A DNA stretch of 64,000 nucleotides from contig NW_019091361.1 in assembly GCF_001949145.1 (NCBI RefSeq), positions 915,452 to 979,451 on the forward strand. The letters are read 5' to 3'. Both the position numbers and the translations under genes were made by a program. Below the pieces are notes generated by a model. The model worked only from the letters and a program-made list of their open reading frames with translations, did no database searches and was not told the DNA's origin. This document shows, piece by piece, positions 42,401-53,000 of this stretch (its first letter is position 1; each line of letters opens with the position of its first letter). The DNA comes from Acanthaster planci. Lineage: Eukaryota.

Positions 42401-44018
42401 TGCTGAAGTGAACATACTTTAACCCTATCACTCGCCCTCCGTGTTACACGTTTCATTCTTTATTTTGAGCCTTGGATGCACATGCATACTTTCGTGAAGA
42501 TGGTTTTGAGGTATTTCACAATTTCCACAGTAGACAATGTGTCTTATCATCAGAAGGAATGTGAGAGCCGTCATAGCCACAGGCAAAGTGCTCTCCAAAA
42601 GAACCTGACAGTCATCACTCTGTAATGTGTAACATCCTAGTAATTTCACCTCTAAAGCTAGCAGACAGTTCCAATTACATGTAGGTTGCTGACCTGACAA
42701 AAAGTCACATTTTGAATTCTACTGTATTTGCCTGTTCCGTTTCTGTTTCTGTAGGCTCAAAGCACAAGAAATGGAAGACGTACTTCTTTGTCTTGAACAG
42801 TACTGAACAACATTTGTACTATTTTGAAAATGATAAGGTGAGAAATTAACAAGGGGTGTTAAGTTCCAATATTGCATAATCAGTGTATCTCCTGCTAGTA
42901 CATGTACGTGTACATGTAAATTATTTACACATGTATGCAAATAATTTGATTTGTGTCAACAAAAAGTGTGTACATGTATTGAATCCATTAGGTGTATACA
43001 AGATGGAGCTAATTAGAATTAAGTGCAAACAAAGAAATGCTCTGAACTTTTGTTTTGACCAAAGCACTGGCCAACTGTCTCGTGTTCCTTCTTTAATCTG
43101 CAGAGAACCAAACCCAAGGGTTTGATTGATCTGGGCTACGGCTCAGTCTACATGGTCCATGAGAGCCTGTTCAACCGACCCAACTGTTTTCAGATTGTTG
43201 TGCGTGCAATGAGTGATGTTGAAGTCTTCTACCTGAATGCTGAAACACCACAGTTGGCTCAGGTAAGTTTTAGAAAGTGGTGACCCATTCAGGGTGTGTG
43301 CCTGTAGAGATCAAGTTTTTACCGTGAGGAAACTCATTTCTTATTGGATGTTGTTGATTGACAGAATGTTCTGGCATGACCCACGGTACAATACAAGATG
43401 TATACGCACATTCTTAGAAATTTCATCCACAATATGTACTGTTCATCAGGCACCTGCGTCAACCAAAGCCTAAGTCTGACGTCATTTTGAACCAAGAAGT
43501 GCAGTGAAAATGAATGGAGTACGCGTGCGTGTTGGTTCACGCTCTGGTTCTCACACAGATGCCTTTTACACACATCATTGTGCGCGTGGCATATTTGTAG
43601 AGCCACCATTGATGGAGTGACTCCACCGAAGCCGCAGATCATTTGCATAAGAATTCTTTCCAGATGCACTGGCAGATAAAGGCAGCACAGCCTGCGTCAC
43701 TCTCACGCCCTCTTTTGTTTTCCTCACTGACTTTGGACTTGGAGGTTGCTTCACTCTCCAGCATGTACCTTCAGTGTGCTGATATTGCCACGTCCCTGTG
43801 GTGGTCCATTTGGCATTAGTACACAGCTAAGGGTAAGCCACGGAGACGTGGCCTATCAGTGACTTGTATCCTCTTAATAATAATTATTTAGTGTAATTGT
43901 TTTGATAAAGAAAGTGCACAGAACTGCGTAGAATCCCAGGCGGATCATTTCTTTTTTTAGCTGGTTCGGCAGTTCAGCCGAACCAGGTATTGAAATCGTT
44001 CTGTTTTTTTTTTTCTTT

Positions 44019-44061
<43 letters not shown>

Positions 44062-47000
44062 CCCCAAGTTTTTTTTCCCCCTACCTTTTGGCCCCTTGGA
44101 AAANTGCTTTCAGCGTAAGTCTGCCAAAACCTAACCTTCTATTTCTGGGCAAAGCAGCCCTCAGGGGATACAAATATCTATGTGGTTTAAGCTTAGGCCA
44201 TTTAAAAGTAGTTTGACTACAAATTGGTGACCCTGACGTGATCGATGCCTAGTCAAATTCTCCATTTTCTTGTCGCTGATTCAAGGGCCTTTTCTTTTGA
44301 TCACTTTGGTACTCTATCTGCCCCGTGCTGAAGTGCACCCCCAATCGGCGAAAGAAAGACAGGTTATTACAACCGGGTTCTTGCATGCGTTCTGCGTGTA
44401 TGCAAAGACCATACAAGCCGGAATAAAATAGTTACGCATGCTCCGCGTCAAACACACATATATTCTTGCACGCTTCTTGGTGATCCTTTGCGGTGAGTAC
44501 CAAAAAAAAGCCCTCTTTTGTTCCGCTCAGAGCGGATACCACTACATTCAACTCCATCCCTTTAGATTTAAGCAGTAATCCGTAATGGATTGAACAATTT
44601 CACTTAAGTGCATGTATGTGTAAAATATTAACATTTTTTAAAGTGGCAGCAGTTTGAACTGTTTGTTGCATATTAATTAGGTTGTGACAGTCGGGTCTAA
44701 ATTTAACAGATTGCTGTGAAAACTTTTCACTTACTTAAAATCAAATCTATTAAAATCCCTGTATCCTCAACCCCCTCCCCACCAGACTTGGACCCAGGTC
44801 CTGCGCTCCTGCTGTACAAGGGCCAGCTGGACCCAGACAACACGGGCCAAGAGTTCCGGCATCAAGCAGCTGAAGAGCCTCAGCCTGCACATCTTGGAGG
44901 CTCACAAGATCCCCTCCCGTCAGATCTCACACCCATACTGCGTCATCTCCCTCAACAACATCAAGGTGGCCCGCACGCCTATCCAGGTGGCCCCAGACCC
45001 CGTCTGGAGTGAGGAATTTGTGTTTGAGTGAGTGGAGCCATGGATGGCAGTGTTTTTGTGCACATTCTTTCACAAGTGAATTGTTCACATTTTGTTTTAG
45101 TTTAAGCCAGCGTCTAGGTCTTTGCATTAAGCTGAACCCACACCATCTGGAGCAAGGAATTTGTGTTTGAATGAAGGGGTAGGCTGATTGCCATGTTTTT
45201 GTGCACAATTATTGAAAAAAAGTAAGCTTTGCATTTTCAAGCTTTAGGTTTGATGGACTCACATTTTCTTAGCATTCGTCATCCATATAGTCCCAGACCC
45301 TGCGCAGATGGAGGAGTTTTGTTGGAATGATTAGGGCCATGTTGAATGTGCCACTCCGGATACTATTGTGTACTGTCCTGTTGATCGCTTGACGGCATCG
45401 TGATAGAATTGTGATTGACTTGCAAACTCTTGTAACAGACTCCACTACGAAATCTGGCCTAAACCATTACATACCATCTTAGTGCAAGTTCATGTTTCTC
45501 GAAAAGAGAGGGCAAGATTCATGCCAGTAGTTGTTTTCATCGTGACATTTGCTGTGACACTAAGCTGTCAGATTGCAGCTTATCCGTACTCCCAGAACAA
45601 TTAACAAAATCAGTCTGGTTTCCTGGGTTACAAGTAACTCATTCATCTTGTTGGTTATCATTCAGTGACTTCCCTGATGATATCGACTCCTTCACGATAG
45701 ACATCTTCAACGGTGCCAAGCGGGCCAAGCCCATCCCTCTGTGTCGCACCACCCTGCTGTTGGTACAGTTACCCAACGGGGTGGTGGTGGACCAGTGGTA
45801 CACGCTGATCGCTCTGACCTCCCAGGGACGAGGGGAGATGGGTTCGATACGAACCAGGGCCCAGTTCCTACAGGAGACCCTCATGCCGCTGGAGGAGTAT
45901 CGTAGTCTTCAAGAGGTGTGTGGCCTGCCCGATCATTCTGTCTGGCCAAAGATTATCTTCTAACCACCACTGTATACTCAGGAATGTCCACAATTTTGCC
46001 AACACTGTGGACACGACAGACATTTTACCCTCAGACATTCATGGATTTCTCTGTCTTTATTCAGCAGTTGGGCATCTAGATAGAGATAAATACACAAGGA
46101 CTTTTAGATTGTGAGTGTGCTTATTGTGTAAACAGAAAATGGCACCTTTTCTTAGACTTACCCAAAAAGAGCAACAGGATCGTCAGAAGTAGGTCAACAT
46201 ACAAAACCTGTTGCAAAAGTGCAGATCATGCTGGTACAGAGCATTCAGAGTTATGTCCTGTTGCACGTTATCATAGGGTCATTGATGAGAAGCTCCAGTT
46301 CATCTTCAGAATTAGACTGGATATAGACAACAAAACTGTAAGCAAAGAGCAAAAGTCGTAAATTGAGAATGATGACATCCTAACGTAGTTCTCACATAGA
46401 AATGCCAGATTAAAAGCCCATTTTGCTCAAGTCTAACATCCTCCCGCCAAGGTATTTTTTTTTTTTTTTGGCATCAGCAAGTACAGTGTCTCCTGTTCAT
46501 ATTTCTCCACCAGCTGGTGCTGTGCGACAGTGACTATCATTTCATCTATGCCCTGGAGGATGCCTGCTGCAAAGACAGGTCCAACCTTGCCAGCATCCTC
46601 TTGGACATCTTCCGCCACCAACAGAAAGAAGTGGAGCTGCTGAAGAAACTCAACAGCAGGGAGATTGAAAAAGAAGGTGGGGGGAAGGGGGTTGGATTTG
46701 GAACCTTTACGCAACCCCTTATGGCTCGCAAACTAACTGAATTCCACCCCCCTCCCAGCTTCAAAGGCACACTTGCCAGTAATCTCTAAAGAGCTTCACT
46801 GTACAGAAAGTCAGTGGGACATTCTTTGTAATTAAACCATCACAGGGCAGCAAAGCCTCATGCAAACTAACTTTCGCTGGTTAGTTCTCATCCTCCCAAG
46901 TCTTCAGGTGGATTTTGAAGGATCTGGTTTATAGTGTAAAACTTTGTGTTTTGGCTAAGATAAGGGATTTTTTATAGAACACAAGATTTAGAGAGACCTT

Positions 47001-50000
47001 ACAAACTTCACCAAACATGTTTTAATCTCAGCCTTAATACAAGGCGTCAGATTTGCGACCCAAAATTTTATCATTGTAGGGATCTAACTATCCCTGCTTT
47101 GCTGTTTCTTACACTTGGTACAAAATGCACGGGATTTACAAAATCATAGCTTAGCCATTCAAGAGAGAACTCATTCCTTGTAAACATTGAAAGCCCTGAG
47201 AAATCACAGCGTTTTATTGAAAATGTTGTTGTTCCAACTCCTCTAGTGAATGTTTCGTGGACTTTCTCATTATCTCTAAGTTTCACTCCGGTTAAACTGT
47301 TTTATACTACATAACTTTCAATTTTTTTGTCAGATACTACGCACATGCATTGTGTCCCCTCAAATTCATTCCCCCCCCCACTATTTTGCAGAGGAGAAGT
47401 CTACACTGTTTCGCTCTAACACGCTGGCGACAACGCTGATGGACAAGTACATGAAGATCACAGCTCAGGAATTTGTGCAGCACGCACTGCACGATGTCAT
47501 TATCAAGATAATGGAGTCCAAGCATTCGTGTGAGGTAGGAATCTCAGTAGAGAGACAGTCCAGGTTTCAGAAGCACTTGGATTTATGGCATTTCCGCAGC
47601 ACATGTCGCTTGATTTTAAGCGTACAGAAGGATTTCCCAGCGTATTCAAATGTGAGGCAACGCACCTCACCAATGTTAGTAACCACCTTTCCCTTTGTTA
47701 AAACAAATTTGTTAGCTGAATTTTAAAAAAAGAAAATAATGGAAAGAACAACATTGCAGAAATTCAACAAATTTTAGCATGGTTCACCTTGGGTTTGTTC
47801 TGACTGGTACTGAAGGCCTCAAAATACAAGACTGATGTGTCCAGGGGAAACTAATTGAGTGCAAATTTACCACAAAAGTATGGTGTATGTAGAAATTATT
47901 CTGGGCACTTTCGGTGTGGTCAGCCGCATTTTTGTTGGCACTTTAATTTTGTCAAAGTTTTTGGGCCACCTCATGTTCGTCGGCAGCGTTGGGGAAACCT
48001 TGGTCTACTAACCAGCAAAATTTTGCACATTCCAAAGAGTACAACATCATGAGTTCTTTGCACTGAAAATGAATTTCAACAAATCACTTGTTTAAGTTGC
48101 ATGTCTGAAGAACTACTAACACCAATAATTAAGATCAAACAAACATTACCAGAAGTTTAAGTTAACAATAAAAAGAGAGCAGAGCTAGAAGCAAAGTGGA
48201 ATGAAAATACGGTGAAAATTTGTGACAAAACTTTGATTCAAGATGTAACAAATTATAAAATAAAAGCATCTGTGAACCATGATAATTTGAGACCTGTGCT
48301 TTTTTGTCTCTGCAGCTGAATCCACTCAAGGTAGAAAAGGGAGATGATGTATCAGAGAATTGCGAGTATTTGTTGGAGTTCCTGAAGGAAATCATCGAGT
48401 CCATCTTTGCATCTGGGACTATGTGCCCTCCGTAAGTCTTCTTGTCTGTATGAATCTTGGCTCAGCCCTTTCCTCTGTTTCTTTTAGTCACATAAGTGAT
48501 ACTCACGTCGCGCAGGGGAAAAAAATCCAAAAATTAATCAGCATCCCTTCGGCGCAAATCTACCCTTGGAAATAGTTGTTTGCGGTACCCGCTGCTACAC
48601 CTGACTCGAACCACCCAGCTGACATCGGCAAGCTCAGTGATGGAGTGGTTGGGATGTCTGCACTAGTAAGCAGGAAGTCGTGGGTTCAAGTCCCACCCGA
48701 GTACATGTATGCTTGTGGTTTTTTTCACAAGCCTTCGGGGGCAAACACTGAGTATACAGTGTTGTAATACACATGTCGGGCAGGGCAAAAAATCCACAAT
48801 TGATGCTCTCTGAGTTTCTTCGGGCGATTTTCTACATATTGTAGTCCAACTAGCTATGCTTTGTGCCCTCCCACATTAGTTATCTAGTAACTAGCTTGGA
48901 ATCCTTTCAGATCTCAGACAAAGGCATGCCTGGATTGTAGTCAGAACTGCTATATATCTGTTTGGCAGTACACTAATTTTGCTGTAAAAGTCAGATATTT
49001 TGTCTTGTTTCAAAAATTTGCATTTGTGATTTTAAGAACGATTCCAGGTCATTTCCAGCCCTTTGTACATTCTGCAAGTTGGATACACACAGAACCTCTG
49101 AACCACTGAACTGTGTCATGCATGTATTTTACCATTTGTTACAGGGCACTGAGGTATCTTTGCTGGTGTCTGAAGCAGGACGTGAGGCAAAAGTGGCCAG
49201 ACGATCCCAACATAACGGCTCGGGCAATCGGGTGGGTGGGCTGCTAGGGAATGGTGACTGAGCATGAGCCAGACAGTGTGTGGGATATACCCCGTGCGGC
49301 ATATTCTTTTAAAAGCAAATTGTCCTCGGGGTAGCGTTTGATGTGCAAAAATACGAACACTAATTCACCTGCGTTTTATCAATCCGAACTGGCTTGATTT
49401 TGCCATGACTTTAAAGGGGAAAGCCTGCTTCAATAAGGGAATAAGTATGTGCTTGACCGGTCTTAAACGTGCATTTAATGCCGGCTCAGGAGAACGGACG
49501 TGATTATTGTTCAAACCAAATCCCATTCATAAATACCTGTTTATTCTATGTTAATGTTGATACATAGTCGCATTTCAACCAATAGGAATAGAAAAACTTT
49601 CCCAGGTATTTATGAATCATGGATAATATTTGTTACTCACGGCCAAAACGTCAGGGGTTCAAATCCATTTGCCGGCCATAAGTTGCAGGCTTGGGTTTGC
49701 TGCTTCATCCCTGCTTGCCTCTCTCAACCTACAAATATTAGTGAGTCCTAGCATTCACCGGGGAGCAAACTGTGATTGACTGGCATCCCCTCCAAGGGGG
49801 GTAGAAATAGTCTCAATCATTTGGTGATGCCTGGTAGCAAACCGGAGATAAATTCCAGCCTATAGAACTAAATTGGCTGGGCGCAGACTGGTTTCACTAC
49901 ATCCTCCCAAACGCTTCAAGTCTCACATGCAAGTAAATGGCCAGTCAGCGAGTAGGGGATAAAAACCGATTTTGGACCAGCTACCTCGAAGAGTCTGCTT

Positions 50001-53000
50001 TTGACAGAATGCATGAGAAATCCACAGTCAGTGTACATTCGACGGTACGCTGCAGTGATTCAGTTGTCTGCTGTTTCTCTCTCTCACAAGGTTTTTTTCT
50101 ATCAAAAGTCTAGACTCGTCATGATACGAAGGCATGTTATAATAAAAATGCTGAGGACATTTTATCAATTGCTGGTGTCAAGTTCACTGTCCTTGGTGAT
50201 CGACATACACTAGTACCTCATCACTATCCATTGTTTTGTATTTCTCCACAGAGGGTTTATCTTTCTACGGCTCATATGTCCAGCGATACTCAACCCCAGG
50301 CTTTTCAACATCGTAACAGGTATGACGTGTGGTTACTCCGGTGCACACCTTTTGCATTTCAAAGATGTGTGTTCTTCCATCAAAAGTTAGCTTGGCGTCA
50401 TTCCAGTCTGCAGTGTGTGACTCCTGGGAGTTACTTTCTTGCTCAGATGAATCAAGAGCTGTGAAGTGTCCCTTTTTTTTCTTTAAATCTTAAGTTTTAT
50501 TGCTCTGTGCTTGTAACACAAGTTAGGGCGTGCTGACGAAGCCAAGAAAACTACTGAAAAGTCCTGTGCAGACTTTCATGGGACAAGTGTGTTGAAACGC
50601 ATACAGATTTTACCTCCAGACTACCACTTCATAAGACCTAAGTTACTCGCTGCTGTGTTACCTTCAGTAGCATACACATGCAATGCTGTTTGCACCAAAG
50701 ATCGTATAGCGCAGCAAAGCGGCGCAAGATGCGAACTTCACTGTGAATACACGTAAAATATTGTAATCCCATAAGCGCCATTTGAGCAAGCGATACGCCT
50801 GCGCAATACACATTAATGCGCAGGCGCCGCGGCAGGCACGTGCACCTGGTGAGCCTGCACCCAAGCATTACTGTAAACTGCGCAGGCATATCGCTTGCTC
50901 AAATGGCGCCCATGGTAATTACATCTGTTGGGCAGAGTTATCCATCTTCTGCCTTTGGCGCTATACAATCTTTGGTTTGCACTGTGTGTGAGACATTGAA
51001 CAGGTAAGGCATTTTTGTCTTTATGATGCCGCGTGCAAATCCTCTAACGTGTGGCACAGGGCTGAACAATGTATTCACGTCAAACGGAGATTGTTGGTTG
51101 CGTGCGTTTGCCACATTGTTTTGAATTTTTCTCATTGTTGGTGTGGTGGTGCAATTGCGCATTTCCTTTTGCAGAGGCTGCGTCACCCATGGCGAGTCGC
51201 ACTCTCATGATTGTTGCCAAGGCGATACAGAATCTGGCTAATCAGGTGGAATTTGGCACTAACTACAAGGTAAGTGCCCAGGTGCAGGTACTTGCAAGCA
51301 ACTTTCATGGTAATATCATGCAACACTGGCCCAGGTCCTTGGTTGCGATGCAGTGTTGGTTCTGATTAACACGTATTTGACTGAAAGATTAAAAAAATCT
51401 AGTGCACAAGTTGGATGAAATTAATTAGCTACTGCTCTTCACCCTGAGCACCCTCAGCTGCGAAAGAGAAACAGATGGTACTGTCTGGCCCACAATCGGG
51501 GATTAGTTTCATAGACAAAGCCTGAGATGGAGACGAAGTTGAGTATTGGGAAACTGCAAAGTTTTCTAACTGGGTTCTTGCATGTGTTTGGCGTGCACAT
51601 GAAGACCAAAGGACTGTTACTTTCATTTCAAAACACGCCCTCTTTTGTTCCTGCTCGGAGCAGATAAGACAACAAACCATTTGAAGATAAAGTATTCTCA
51701 TTTCAGTTTGATTGAAAGCATTCCAGTGTATGACTGGTGTCAGTATTTAATCGTGAGCTGTTGTAAAATTTGATGATGTCCTCCTGTTTTGAGGAAGGCA
51801 AGGCAGAAATCACATCTGAAGATTTTGAACAGGATTCTTTAACACGGAATTTACACTGCTGTCTTGGGACGTATGTGCACGTTTTATAGTTTGACGCTCA
51901 GGTCAGCTTTTTTAAAATCAAGTTATGTGTAAGCATAAAGCCTCGGAAAGCCTGGTCCGAGAGAGGGTGAAAGTCCGGCCAATGGTCGACTCTTCCGTGC
52001 GAGGGCGATGTTCCATGCAGTAAATCGCTGCGGCGAGCTACGCGGAAGTACAAAGATGTCTGAATGAGAATGAAGGACTGATTGTGTCATTACGTGACAC
52101 TCAGTGTCATGTAATGTTTTGAAAGTTATTTTTCCCCTGAATCGTATGGTGTCTCCCTAATTCTTTAATCACATTTGTGAGTTGTTGGTTTTTTTATTTG
52201 TAGGAGGCCTACATGGTGGTCATCAACCCTTACATTGTCATCAACAAAGGCAGGATGTGTCATTTCCTTAACGAATTAGCGGTAAGTTGTTCTTGATTGT
52301 CTAGTGATGACTCCAGACTCAATTTTCTCTCTTTTGCTGGCCATAAAGGAGTTGGCGTTTACAATGTAGTTACTATGACTGCCTCCACGGCTGACAGTGA
52401 GCTTGGTATTGATCAACTTTGTAAGTCATGTTATCAAATTACCCATGTCACTTTCATGACCATTTCCATTTCCAGTCTTCAGGTTATTTTTTTGAGTAAA
52501 TTTTGGTTTGGCTCTTGGTATTAGAAAGAGCCAACTGAATGCTTTGTCTTGATGTATCACCAAGTTTGCCAGCCTGATAGAAATTGATATGGATGAAATA
52601 TCGAGGGTCTGGATTGATTTCCTTTGTGCAAGATTCCGTTTAGAAACCTTTAACGCAAATGTGGTTGTGGTGACTTTTAGTCCATTTTATTAGGTTTAGT
52701 CCCCCTTTCTTAATAAGTGTGCACATTATCCCACCACAACTGTAACTGAATAAGAGAGTCAGGTTTGTCCAAAACACTCGTATGAAGACACCGACCAGAA
52801 TCGCACGGAAGCTCTGCTGTAAATAAATATCAGGGTACTGATTTATTTAATTGCATATGCGACACCAGCCTTGCTGTCGAAATTCATCATTTTGTACATG
52901 TATGATAAGAAATTGCAAGCTTGTCTCCTCGAATGGCCAAGTAAGCAGTGTCTGAATCACTTGGCTGCGGCTTGATGTGAGACACAACCCTGTTGGAAGT

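Noticed and set aside
44003..44110. Long poly-T as a functional element or processed-pseudogene tail
   Set aside because: Adjacent stuttered homopolymers and an N suggest read-quality artefact, and no retrocopied ORF is adjacent.
50530..50610. Hammerhead / Penelope-type motif (ctgacgaag ... gaaac); also ctgatga..gaaac at 36667
   Set aside because: The required stems I-III and cleavage triplet could not be built.
51960..51985. GAAAGTCC resembling RNase P/MRP conserved region I
   Set aside because: No matching conserved region V or P4 partner, and no P1 helix could be found.
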